Assembly: GCA_013265495.1 (NCBI GenBank)
Contig: MU058636.1
Coordinates: 6,607,741 to 6,671,740 of the forward strand
Length of the DNA: 64,000 bases
Direction of reading: 5' to 3'
From: Vicugna vicugna
Taxonomy: Eukaryota
Positions within the stretch are counted from its first letter, which is position 1; every line of letters begins with the position of its first letter. The notes under the pieces were generated by a model. The model worked only from the letters and a program-made list of their open reading frames with translations. It made no database searches and was not told the origin of the DNA. This document shows, piece by piece, positions 11,955 to 25,100 of this stretch. Position numbers and translations under genes: made by a program.

Positions 11955-12458
11955 CCAAGGGTTGACAGGCAGTAGCTATTAATGACTGATTTTTAAAAAT
12001 GCCAAAAGGATATTTTTTTCAAATTGCATCTCTTTATTTGTTGCTATATTTTAAAAGGTCCTTCTTCAACCTTTTTGCTTATTCTTTTTGGCAATCGAGG
12101 GCTAATGTTCCATCTTTTTACAAAAATTTCTTTGTATGCTGTTCCCCTTCCCTCTTCTTCAGGAGGTTCAGGTCTATGCCAGCAGCCATTCCCTAAATCT
12201 GTCTCCATCTTTCACATTTTATTCTTCAAAGATCTCTTGAGATTCCTGGCATCTATGCTCACTTAATTTTGCTTTAGAATCTTTAACTAGTGGTCCAGTC
12301 CCAAAAGACACATCAAACATCACATATCTTTACTGACAAAGAGACACTGGGTTTCTCATTGATTTCACCGATCTCTTGGGAGGTGTGCTCCCTGAAGGCA
12401 GCACTTCGTTCTCCTGGAAAAGGGCCCTGTTAGGTGGTATGGGGAAGCCATTTCTGAA
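11955..12458 (-). pseudogene. Decayed ~504-nt exon (RGS-like)
   Basis: Acceptor CTTGCCTTACAG and donor TGG|GTGAGT. With one frameshift it reads DGDRFREWLL/GIDLNLLKK...KKFL*KDGTLALDCQKE*AKRLKKDLL...KYPFGIF. Confidence 0.5.
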
Positions 12459-12849
12459 CTGTAAGGCAAGTCCTAAAATTGACATTGGGTCAGTACTCTT
12501 TGCAGAAAAGATTCTACTTTATTTACAAAGTGAAATTCTTTTATTCTTTACAATAACAATAGAGACAGATTTTTTGTTATTTACATTCAGTCTCCTGCCC
12601 TAGTCAAATAATTAATTATTGCAGGAAGGCATCTTGGAAATGAACTTATTCAGGTCTCCGTGGACAGAGACTAGGATTTCCTTGGAGACCCTTTAGTTGT
12701 ATTTTCTTAAGAACTACTAGGGAGCATAACAGGCAACTACAAAATAATCTTGTTTGGGGGGTAACCACCAGTCACTGACCCTCTCCATTCTCTTATCTCT
12801 GTACTTTGTTTCACCTCTAAATCAAACTTCCTTCCCTCCCAAACTTTTC

Positions 12850-15800
12850 CACTGTGACCTCTGGAAACATTCTAGAATGTTCACATCATTGCTTTGCTTT
12901 AATTAAAATTCAGTTTTCTCTATGGAGACATTGTTCCCCTTGAAATGTATTCAAGTGGAAGCTGGCTATTTTCTTAAAGGTTAGGTTAACACAGGATTTA
13001 AAAGTGGGTTTGCATGCTTTTAGCTCCAATTGTCTATTCCAAGTCATTGCTCCTTATCTTAAGGATCTCTCTATTCAGTTATATCACTTTCTAATAACCA
13101 CCACTGCATTAACTTCATCTCTGCCCAAGAATTTCCTCTCTGCTCAAGTCCCAGCATTCTCTTATTTGGCTTCCCTTCTGTGCCCACATGGTTAACACGT
13201 GGTTAACCACATCCAACATCTTAACCTCAGAGGTCCTTGATTTCCTCAGCTGTGACAACATGTACTTCTTCATCAACTCAACCTCCTACCACCTATATCC
13301 TAGACATTTTTATGGCCCTGACTGTTTTGCATCAAAAATCATAAGCTTCATAGATCATTGAATAGAGAAAATTCATTTTTAAAATATGAGTTTTAATGCT
13401 ATAAATTTCCCTCTAAGCAATTTAGCTAAAACTAACAAATTTTGATATAATATGTCCTTATTTTCACTCAATTTACATGCAGCAAAATTTACTCTTTTTG
13501 GTGAATAGCTCTGTGACATTTGACAAATGTAGATCGATGTGCAATTAGCACCACAATAGAGATTTAAAATAGTTCCTTCACCCAAAAAATCTCCCCATGC
13601 TCTTTACTATACAAAAACTCCAAACAACTCCATTCCCTCTCAAGAACTAATCTTACAATTGTACCCTTGTAAGAATGTCAAATAAATGGAACTATACAAT
13701 TAAAAAAATCATAAGCTTCAGTATCCTAATTCTCTAATTCTTATTTTGATCCTTCAAAATATCTTATTCTTTATTTCTATTTCACTTGCTCTCTGATCTC
13801 AGAATGATCTAGACCCCTTATCCATTTTCCAAATTTATCAACTGTTCCTGTCTTAACTTTCTTATTTGACTAAATCACATGATACAAGACACAACACATG
13901 CCACATCCACACTCATGCTAATATCATTAACTTCCTTTGTCATCTGACATGAATGTCCAGAGGAATCCTACTCCTGCATCAATACTATTGTGGACTTTTC
14001 CTGTTCCTACAGTCAGGATGCTGAATACTGCTGGAGAAAAGCCGGCAGCCCAGAAGCTGGTGCTAACACAAACGTGCAATCTCTGATCCCAACAGTATCC
14101 TCAGGAATGACAATAATCTTTTCATGTGATGCTATTCTGCTTCCTCTCGCAGCCTCTATTCACACTTTTAACACCACTCAGGGTCCTGCTCCACCACATG
14201 TTCCTTTATTCCCTGCAGACCATCTATCACATTTTCTTCCACCTTAAGTTAGAGGTAAAATTCCTTAGATAAACATGCACACAAACATATTAAACAAAGC
14301 TTCTTTTAGCATCTTGCTACCCACTCTTTCAAAAAACTTATCTTTATGGGCTTTTTCTTATTTCCCACATATCTCAGTGGAATTCTAGCCTGCTTCCTGT
14401 TCTTTGGATACCATTTCGACATGCCACATTTTTTGTTTGTTTCTCATTTTCTGATATTTAACCTTACTCTTTTCTCTGGATCTTTTTTTTTTAAAGAATG
14501 TATAAACAGGTCCAGTCTCTTCTATCTTAAAAACAAATTATTCAACCACATGTCCATCTTTAACTTTTACCCACCAATCCTTCCTTCTTTCAAAGTCAAG
14601 CTATCTTTAAGATGCTCACTCTTTCCATTGCCCATTACCCACTAACTCCTGAATCCATTTCTAGCTTTCACACCTTCATTCTATGGAAGAGATTCCTGCT
14701 CCTTTGTTTAGTTCAACAGGAACAATCCAATGCCTTTTTAATGTGATTTTTCTGCAGCATTTACAATATTGACTACTTCCTCTTAAAACTGTTTTCTTTC
14801 TTTACTCTGGCAACACCAGTCTCTATTGCATTGTCCAGTCTATAAGTCTTTTTTGAGGCTCTCCTTAGTCTCTTCATTCAGTGAATGTTTCTTTTCCCCA
14901 GGATTCCATCCTTAATGCATTTCTATCTGTACACAGCCCTGCGGGATCTCAACTACTTTCTTGGCTTCAACCACTACCAATACTCTGACAATTTCCAGCC
15001 TAGTTACTTCTTTCGAGCTCCAGATCTGATGTAGATAACTGTCTACCTACTACTCCACTTGGAGTATCCATTATCTAATCCTTAAATATGAACCATATAA
15101 CCCACTCAGATTCTATATCTGGATATGATATGGCTATTAAAGACACAGTCTAAGCAAGAAACTTGGAAGTCGACCTTAAATCCTCCCCGTCCCTTATTTT
15201 TTCACCATCTCACCCATCCCCCATTAAGTCATCAAGTCTCACTAATTCATCTCAGTCTGTGTACATTTGCATTTAAGTCTCCATATCAAAAGTCTGTGCA
15301 ATCTTTCTACTTTACCTGTTCTCTCATTAGAGCTGTTCATAGTCCCTTAACTGATCTGCCTACATCCAGGCTTGCATCTCCCAATCCAGCTCCTCCCTAT
15401 TGTCAGACTGATTTTTCTAAAATGCATATCTGGACATGCTAATTCTCTGGGGAAAATTTTTTCAGTGGTTCAATTGAAATCAGGAAAACATTCAGACTCT
15501 TCCACAAGATCTAGAGGCCCTTTATAGCCTCAATTCTTCATCCTTCTCCAGCTTCATCTCTTAAGCATCCCCCCAGGTACCCTGTTCTCAAGCTGTTCTA
15601 GCTACTTGTAGGCCTTCAAGCATGCCAGATTCTCTCAAGACAATGCCTTCACCCAAGTCTTTTCATCACATGGATTATATCAACTCATTCTTTAAGATTC
15701 AGTTCAATTATCTTTTTCATTAGAAGACTTTCTGCCCTTCCTCACTTTGGTCTGATTAGGTCTATTTATTTAGGTTTCCTTCAGTTTATGCTTGATTTCA

Positions 15801-15860
15801 TCACATACTTCTTTTCATATACTATTTTGTAATTACTTACATTCTGTCTGCTTATAACCC
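12850..15860 (+). mobile_element. Long degraded L2, with an antisense L1M fragment inserted at about 13380-13700
   Basis: Pyrimidine-rich L2 ORF2 text, including an RT motif remnant near 14740-14790. The L1 text reads aatgctataaatttccctctaagc...gacatttgacaaatg. Confidence 0.6.
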
Positions 15861-16379
15861 AGTATTACTAAACAAAGAGTTTGAATAGAATCATGGTAAG
15901 AAATTAAGAAAAGCCAGAAATAATTTGAAACATTACAATCTCGGTCAATTTTACCTCACAGAGGACCACCACTCACACCTACAAACCTTGGGGTCACTCC
16001 CAGAAAAAGAATACAAAAACAGATGACAGAACAAGTCTATTCCTACATTCTGAGTTTCTCGTTCCTCAATTTACATGAGATTAATACTGGGATGCTGTCT
16101 TTATTTTATTGGGCTCAGCTACATAAATATGAATGTATACACACACTTCTATAACAAATAGGTATCCATTAGAAAGAAGTCTTTCTTTTTTTTAATCAGG
16201 TGAGCTTACAAACTGGGAAGTAAATGATTATGTGTTCTCAATTTCCTAGTTTTATCTTAAGGCGAGAATAATACTTCCTCCAAAAAATAATGGGAAGCTT
16301 AGTATGAGAGTTCTCTGCTCTGTGATAGACTTTCCAATACCTTCTGTCACTTCTACTAGAATGCTTAATTAAACTAGTC

Positions 16380-16813
16380 TTTTTAGTTAAGATATAGCTT
16401 TGGTTGATGGGTTACATATCTAAATTAACAGTAAGGTCACAAGAAGGAATTTTGTTTCTTTTTCACTTAACAGTTCAAGCTGGTATTGTGGTTCTGTTTC
16501 ATGAAGTCGTCAGAGGATCAGGATTCTTACCGTTCCTCTATGACTAGGGTGCTGCTTTCACCTGCGTGACTTAAGATGGCTTATTCCCAGACCCACTAAC
16601 CGCTGGGGAGGGCAGAGCAGATGCCATTAAGGATTGTCTTACAAGTTGAATACCTCATCTCTGCTCACGTTTAATTGGCTAGTAGTCTCTTGGCTTAGTA
16701 ATTGCTAAGTGCAATCTTTATTCTGAATGTCCAGGAACCCACCTAAAAACTGGGGTTCTATAACTAGAAAGAAGGGGGAGAACAGTATTGACAGACACTT
16801 AGCAATCTGTCAT
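16380..16813 (-). mobile_element. Old MaLR LTR (MLT1J/K-like)
   Basis: ctgctcacgtttaattggc...ggggagaacagtattgacagacacttagcaatc resembles the old MLT1 terminus. Confidence 0.55.
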
Positions 16814-18164
16814 ATCACTGCTTTAGTGATATCAAATATCCATACTCACATTTCTTACTAAACAAAGGATAAGTTTACATCTTTGACAGTGATATATATG
16901 GTCCCTCTATAAAGTCCAGAGGTGGCTCTTTCTAAATTGAAAGAAAAATTATAAGCTTTCCACCATATTGAATCATATATAACAATCAGACAGTATGAAT
17001 AAGATAGCTAAAATAACTGCCTTTTGGAAAGGGACAATTAGGAATCATACAGACACTTCTGGTTTTTATTAATTATAAAGTCCTAGAAATTATCAAATCC
17101 TCCAACTTCCTGTGCTGGAAATGTAGTAGAGTTCTTTGTTCAGCCTCTGGATCTGTTCTCTGGAGGAATTTGTTGTCCTCCATGGTCCCTGGTTTTACTT
17201 TCAGAGTAAAACAATTATATACTTTCCGAGTCCATTTGCTATCGTGGCAGTATCTGAATGGGCAGAGGGAATAGATCCTTGGGCAGGGGGGGTGGGGGGT
17301 GCCTACTGGTGGAAAAGGGCACAACTTTTGCAGCTGCCTCCTGACAGTGCAAGTTTGGGGTCCAGGATCTAACTATCATAAAGTTTTTGAAGGCAGGTTT
17401 GTCATTTCATTGGCAATGTAATTCCCTCAAAATTGTAGTAGATTCCCAATATATTTCCTTTGATCAATTTTATAAGCAAGTCAACTCAACCAAAGATCTT
17501 ATTTAGGTAAAAATGTTGAAGTCTGAGAACTCCCTGACTTTTATTTCCTGAGCTTTGGGTTCCAACCCCTCCTGCCCTACCTCCCAACTTAACAGCAGCA
17601 GTTTAAGACCGGACAAAACAATTGTCTTGGATATGAAGGCAACATCCTTAATCTAATTTTTAACCCTTGAGCTGGCTCTCACTAGCTGCCGTGGCTTGAG
17701 GCTACATTTTTATCTCCTGCTAAAGCTGCCTCTTAAGATCCACCTTGAATAGCAACTTTTGGTGTATAGAAGTGTTGACAGATTGACTGTGAGGCCCCTC
17801 CCAGTTAATTTAGATGGCTAGCCCGGGGCAGAGAGCCTTCTTAGTGTAGCAATAATTCTTCCCTGCTCTGGTTGACTAGCTGTAGCCAGAGTTCCTCTCT
17901 CTTTTGGAGGCTCTGCTAAAATTAGCAAGAAGCAGCCAACTTACCAAAGATCCGAAATGTTTTTATCTACTTTCTTTGGAGTTATAGACTCAGATGGCAT
18001 GTGGGCTGCCTTCTGTGACAACACAGGCAATAGTTTTATCCAATAGTTTTCCATGACCTAGCAAGACTCCCCAGTTGTATCGTTGTCACCTGCTGGGGAA
18101 CCCTAATGTGATGCCATACATTTCATAGTCTGTCTGCTCATCTTCTCTTTCAAGTGCCAAGTTT

Positions 18165-18530
18165 TGCATTAGCTGTGATATAAGTCTGGCAGCTGTGATA
18201 GAGGTTCAAAATAAGAGCAATTTAAACAAGAAAAAAAGATTATTTCCCTATCATATAGCAGAACAAGCTGGTGAAGCAATGCAGCTTTGCATGGTTGTCA
18301 GTACTTGGGCTCCTTCTATTTCGTTTTTACCCCATCACTACAGTGTGATTCTTGTCATCCAACAGGGCTTATCATTGCATTTGCGTGGCAGCCTGAGAAA
18401 AGAGGAGCAGGACCCATTTTGCTGACACTCACACACCAGTTACCAAACTGGCTCACATGGCCACTAAGAAGCTGTAAGAGAGGCTAGGAAACATGCAGTG
18501 CATTCTGGGTAGCCAGAATTTGACCTTGGG
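18165..18530 (-). mobile_element. Old MaLR LTR (MLT1J-like)
   Basis: caatttaaacaag...ttatttccctatcat...ctcacatggccactaag...aggctaggaaa pattern. Confidence 0.5.
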
Positions 18531-19718
18531 GGTGGGGAGGCTGTTGGCCACACTCATCTTACTCAGCTACTGAGATTTATAGCTTTTAATTTTCATTTAA
18601 ACTTATAATTACGAGTTGGACCATTAAAGAAAAAATACACAAAATACACAAACAAAACTAGAGAATGCTTTCATTCCAATTATGTGAGCCTGATTCAGGA
18701 ATGTCAGCCTGACAGAGAGGAGAGGCAGAGGTCAGCAGGATAGGAAGACGTGGATTTGACTTTACTTCAAAAATACTTTCCTAACAACTGAATTAAAAAC
18801 AAACAAAAAAAACCTTGTATATTATTTTGTTCTTCCCTCTGTCTCTGGGTAGGCCTGCATTTAAAATATCATGGATAATTTTCATCTAAACATCTCTATA
18901 AAAAGCTATTTCACAAATTCCTCTATTAAATTTAATGTCTCTCAGTTGTCTAGCCAAAACGAATCCCTCAGGCTCTACACTTCCCTTGCGGAAGGCTTGG
19001 TGCTCACGAATTGTACGTGAGACTGCCATAATACTGAGACATAAAGTCTTTGAGAACAGAGACTGCCTGCTTTTGTGTTACTAGACGCTTTGTCTTTCTT
19101 CTGTTAATTTAATGACCTTTTATATACTTAAGGAGTTAACTTGGGGGCATATCATCTCAACTTCCATTTTCATCAGAGAGTGTATCTGAGAAGGGATACT
19201 GCAACTCCATCAGGAAAAGGGAGCTCAGATTATCAGGTTCAACACTTCACAGCCTGTCTTGGCCCTGCACCCAAGTGTTCTAGAACTAAAGATGAGATTT
19301 TCTGACTATTTTTAGCCTTCTAGGATTGGAGAGCAGGGACTACAAGAAGAATAAAAAAAGAGGCTTTCTTTTAACTCCCTAAAAGGTTTATAATAGGAAT
19401 GTAATAGATATTTTCAGAAAACAGAATAGAAGCATCTTACTGAAGAAACTATGCCTGGCAGCTTCATAAGAATTTTGCTCCTGAACCCATGCACTTTCTA
19501 TAAACTTACAGGTCAGGCTATTTTGAGGACCTGCTATTCATTTTTCAAATAAAATCCAAATACTAATGTTTTCTATTGGTAATTTACATAAACTTATTTT
19601 TAGAAATCATGATCAGTTTCAACCTGTCACCTGATTATTTATGGTTTAATTCCTGAGGAAGCAATTAAGCCCGTCTGGACTCTAGCTATGATGATCTCTA
19701 ATTGTGCAGAGCTCTTAC

Positions 19719-20085
19719 TTTCTCACGTTTAGAATGACCTTCTGTGTCCTTTCCTCTGTGGCATCTTCTAATGTTAGATGCTATTGGTTCTTGAATGTAT
19801 ATTAAACAGATATGAAAAAGGGAGGGTATACGTTGATGCAAGAAGCATTAACATACAGCATTCTCAAACACTCCACCTACACTGCCATCTTTCTCTTCTA
19901 GGTTCATATACCATGATTCAAAATCCTAGGGAGCTGTCCCTGGAACACTTCTTCTCCTAATCGTAAACACCTGGGCCCAATACATCAAGCAATGCCAGAC
20001 GTCTTAACAAATAAAACAACTAGCCTCCAAAAAGCAGCAGCTTCAACATATTTGAAGATACATATATATTTTTTCTATTCCAAGA
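19719..20085 (-). pseudogene. Decayed exon encoding most of an RGS-like domain
   Basis: One frame reads KKYICIFKYVEAAAFWRLVVLF ... MAV*VECLRML ... INVYPPFFISV*Y. The donor is AAA|GTAAGA at 19713-19718. Confidence 0.55.
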
Positions 20086-20479
20086 CTATAAGACTATTAA
20101 CTGATTTTTTTTAAAAATCACAAAATCTTTTAATGTTCTACTGATCTGTGATCACTGTTTTTTAACGTAAAATTTGAGACATTTAAAGAGATCTGGTAGT
20201 TATAATTTTTTCAGTCAGAGGGAAAGTCTTAGATACTATGTGAGGAAAAGACAAAATACAGCTCAGGTTCCTCTTCTTTGCTAGCTGTTATTTCTTAATT
20301 ATATGAATTTGTAGGTTTCCAAACTGAACAAAAGGATTCATCTGGTCACGTCACTAGGTATCACACATTCAGCTGTGAATTCACTTGTCTCACACATTTC
20401 GCCTACCAGAGCCACAGGTGGAAGGGGAAGTGGCTACAGGCCATTGAGGAGATGGGCAGTGACCGCCCAGGTTCTGCAG

Positions 20480-21600
20480 CTGCAGCAGAGGAAGGCAGTG
20501 AGGAAACTAACGAACTCTTGCTGTGTTCTAGTCATTGTGGTAGATGTCTCTCATGAAATTAACTCACTTCGTCCTTACAGCAACTCCTTGAAAAAGGTAT
20601 GATTAATCCCCAAAGAAACTAGCATTTAGAGAGACGAAGTGACTCTCCTAAAGTCACAAAACCAATAGGCAACAGAGCCATGAAGCCAGATCAGGCTTGT
20701 CTCACATCACAACTGTATTCTGTCCACTAAACCCAGTGGCCTCCCTGAGCTTTGCAAGGTGCCACGGGTGCCAAGATTTTAACCCTGCCCAAGGAGGCAG
20801 AGAAACTTCCAGGAAAAAAGTATAGCTGGAGTCAAGTCTTATGGAATAAGCATGAGTCCTACAGGCAGACATGGTTGTGAAAGGCTTTCCAGACAATGAA
20901 AAGAACATGTGAAAGACGTAGAGGCTTGTGAGAAATGTCAAGTTTAGGGAACTACAAGCTCTTTAGCACATGAAAGGCATTTTAGACTTTAGAAGCTGCC
21001 TAGATTCAAATCCCAGCTGCCGCACTTCTTAAATGTATGCTTTAACTTCTCTTTCCTTAACTATAAAATATGGATAATAACAGGACCTACTTAATAAAGT
21101 TCTTGAGGATTAAATGACATAATACATGTAATGTACTTTACACAGCGGCTAGAAGCCAGGGAAGGCTCCATGAGTATTACACATTATTATTCTGAAATTG
21201 CTGGAATATAATATAACAAGGGAAATAGTGACAGGAGACAAGTTTGGGTTGAAAGGCCAAGATCAGATCATGAAGTGCCTCCTATTTTATATCATTGGGA
21301 ACATCAGTGAAGGATTTTCAGTGTGTGTTTATGTTTATATGTGTTTCTTTCTTTATAAAAATATCTCTGTGATGTCAGTGTGAAGAACAGGTAAGAAGTG
21401 AGACCCGAATTAAGAAGATTGACTCTCTGATTATTCCAATTATCCAGAATAGGTACCATAAGGATCTGAACTTGAACTTGAATCAGTAGTGATGAAGAGG
21501 AAGGACAGACCTGGAAAACACTTAGGAGTTAGTATCAGTAGCACCTGGTGAACAGTTAGAGAGCAGAGGGGTTGGTGGTGCCAATACCAGAGATAAGAAA
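20480..21600. mobile_element. Cluster of MIR and L2 fragments
   Basis: MIR core at about 20990-21190 (agattcaaatcccagctgcc...gaggattaaatga), an antisense MIR at about 20520-20720, and antisense L2 text between and after. Confidence 0.6.
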
Positions 21601-22150
21601 TATAAGAGAAGAATGCTTTGAAAAAGATGCTTGTATAGTAAAGTCACGTCTTGTTAAAACAGTAAAAGAAATTATCCCATTCAGTCGCAAAATATAGGTA
21701 CTATTCTGTTTGAAAGAGCAATCTAGAGAATCTTGCTTCAAATTTAAAGATAAAAATAAAGAAATATGTTGTTAAGTTAGTCATAGGGAAAAAAACCTTA
21801 AATCGACGTTTTATTGGATAAAACTAATAACTCATTTAATATACTTCATGTTCAACTTTTATATATCATCCCCCAACAAACACAGTACTTTTAGGTTAGG
21901 TATAAATTCACAAGCAGATAGCACACACAAAGAGGAAGGGTTATACTTATGGTTTTGTTAGTAAAGGATGCAAAATTAGTTGGCCACATCAAGCAGAACA
22001 GATGCTGCACATCCCAGCACAGAGTCCTATGGCTCCCAAAGTCCCCAAGTGGGCACGTAAATGCAGATGACACTGTCAGAACAAGACAGGGTCTCACTAG
22101 ATCTATAAGGTAGTTTTCTTGAGGTGCCAATGTATTTACTCTTAGCTTAC

Positions 22151-22192
22151 CTATCTATGGAGAACTTGCACCCACACTTTACATACTTCTGT
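22151..22192 (-). pseudogene. 42-nt phase 2-2 pseudo-exon, QKYVKCGCKFSID (RGS helix 5/6 loop-like)
   Basis: Minus-strand acceptor CTTTTATATGTCCCTGTAG and donor TAG|GTAAGC. The frame is open. Confidence 0.5.
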
Positions 22193-25100
22193 CTACAGGG
22201 ACATATAAAAGCATGGCTATTCCCTGATTTGTGACCCCTACTCAGGATCAACAAAGCAGTTCTCTTGAAGGAAGCCCATTTTACCATAAATGTAAGTCAT
22301 CATAAGCATTGAATAAGCCCTACCTATAATCAAGCGGGCTGTAATACACGTTAGGCAATTTGACTACAGGTATTTATTTCTAAAACAAATCCTTTAATTC
22401 TGACACATTAAATCAAACACTAGTTAACAAGAAACAAGTGGTGATCTATTTTGATATCTGGAACATTTATTGACTTCTCTATGTCCTGTGTACTAACATT
22501 TTTCTTTGAACTGCTAATTATCCTCTAGGAAAATTTTTCTGATAATAAAATAGAGTAATAAATAGAATATGAAGTATTGATTTCATAATCATTAATCAAG
22601 ACGTTAAAATACATGAAATCTAACGCTTCCTTTAAGATACGAACATTTATCTAATTCATAATTTCAGTGAAAGGGTATGCCTAAGAGAAACTGTTTCATT
22701 CTTCAACCACAAGGAATATACAGAACAATTTCAGCACCAGGGATAGTAATCTTCCAGCATAATAGTGAATGCCATAGTACAGATAAGTAAATGCTAGGTG
22801 TCTAACTTTAAATTAATTATTCGGTTTATATGAGTGAATATAATATGATAGTTAAGAGCACAGGTATGAGGAAAGCATTCAATAAATGTTTTGTTGTTGT
22901 TCTTGCTATTATTCTTGTTATATGTGAAGTTGATGCAATAAAAAATAAGTTATGTTTTTCCTTAGTCACAGAACCCACAAAATGTGGAAAATTAATGACC
23001 CTAATTAAATATTTCTTGTTTATATATATTAATTTAAAATACAGCACAACAAACCATCATTTATCAAGATTAGCCATTCATATGTGAACATATATTTGAT
23101 CTAATATATAATCTTCATTAGAAATGGTAATCTGGGTTCTGCACAATTTTGCATATGACCATTTATTTGTTTATATACCAACAACAAATACAAAAATGTA
23201 TTGTTGCTACCAGTACCCAACATATTTTTAATGGGTGGATTTATCCTGTATTATACATATGATTATTAGACCAACATACAGTTTAATAGGCATCTAAATG
23301 TGATGCGACTTGCAATACTAGAACTCAGAAACCCAGTTACCAGGAATGCATGGTGGAATGGCCAGAATTCAAGAAACATACTAGTGTATAAACAAATGGC
23401 TCACTAACTCAACAGCCTATAATAGTTCCCATCAACAGAGGGCACAAAGTTGTTTAGAGAAGAAATGCACAACATTTGCAGAAAAAGCAACTTGATGCTA
23501 AGTCATTACCCCTTACATGTAACTTCTCCATCCTGTAGAGCACAGATCCTCAGTGAGCCTGGCCTGAGGTTCACTGGTGATCACTACAGATGCCTAGCTA
23601 GTGGCATGGCTGGTCACTGTTGAATGCAGAGGTGGAAAACAAGCAGTTACCTGATGTCAGCAATTTGTCCCCCTCCACAAGGTTGAGGGCTTTGCTTCAC
23701 ACTGCCATGCACATCGCTACAGTACAGTTTATCTACCAACTAACTCTAGCCAGTAAGTCAGTAAACCCACGGCATGAGAAATGAGTGGAATCAGCAATTG
23801 CAGTCCCACCTCAAACCATGCATACTGAGCATGTAATAATGAGTGCATAAGTCACTGATTTCCAGGGTTTTTTTCCTTTCAAAATATTTTGTAGTATCAT
23901 GAAAACATGATGTAAGTACAAGGGAAATCTGTCTAGAGGTTTGACCAAGTATTTCCTTGCTGTCCAATTAGAAAATGGATTAAAGGAAAAAGGCTTCTAA
24001 AAACTGGCTAAGATATTTATTACCAGAATCTTCTTGAGACAAACTAGCTGTTTAGATTCACCTATATTCCCTGACCTCAGCCCTCCTGAGCATCCCTCCC
24101 TCAGGGATTGATGCTTTCCTCCAAGGAACCATTAAAATGCAGTGAAACTGAGGCATAAAAGTTGAGGATCTGAAATTCGGTCTCACATTTCCCTTTCTTT
24201 TTGTTCACTGGTGTTTGCAGACTCTTGCCTGTTTCCCCAACTTTGGACTGCCTTCTTGCTCTGTTCTTAAGGATTTGTGGTTGCCTTGATTTTCCTTTTC
24301 AAGTTTTCCCTGACTCTGGCTTGTCTCACCAGTTTTGATTCCTGACCATTTGATTCCTGTCAGCTTTTAGCTCTGGGCATTGAACATCCCTCTCCTCCTT
24401 TTAACAGTGACCCTCAGCATGTCACACACTTTATCAAAACCAGTTTCCTGCTGTAAGTCTATATTTATGACTCACTATTGCTTGCATTCCCAGAACTGAG
24501 AAAGTAGTACTCATTTCAGATTGCTGCCAGAATTAATACTACTGTTTTCTCTGTAATACTCTGTACTTTTCAAAGCACGACCACAATTTAACTCATTTGT
24601 GATTTCAACAATTTCACTATATAATAAGAGTTGTTCATTCCCATTTCATTGGCAAGAAAGCTGAGACTCAAAGAGGCCAGATAGTTTATGGAACACTCAA
24701 CAGTGAAGAAGCAATAATTTGAATGCTAGTTTTAAGGAATTTGACACTCCTCAAAATTCATGTTTTAAGAGATTTAAGAAATCTTTAGAAGAATGATTTT
24801 ATTCTGATTTTAAAAGTCTGTTCTTCTTTCAATAGTTGAGCCAACTAAATACTGAATTTGTATCACATTATTGAATTTATTTAATTGTTAAAATCTCTGC
24901 TTTTAACTTCTTACCTCCTTCTTTCCTTTATCCAAACATTTATTGAGTGCTTACCATGTATCTTACAAATAAAACCTCACTAAAGGGTTTATTTGTGAGA
25001 CATAGTCCCTGCCTTTAAGTAGCTGTGGATCTAGTGATGATAAAACATATAACGAATCATTACACCACTATATCTTTTCAATAAAAATAATTACTATCTA

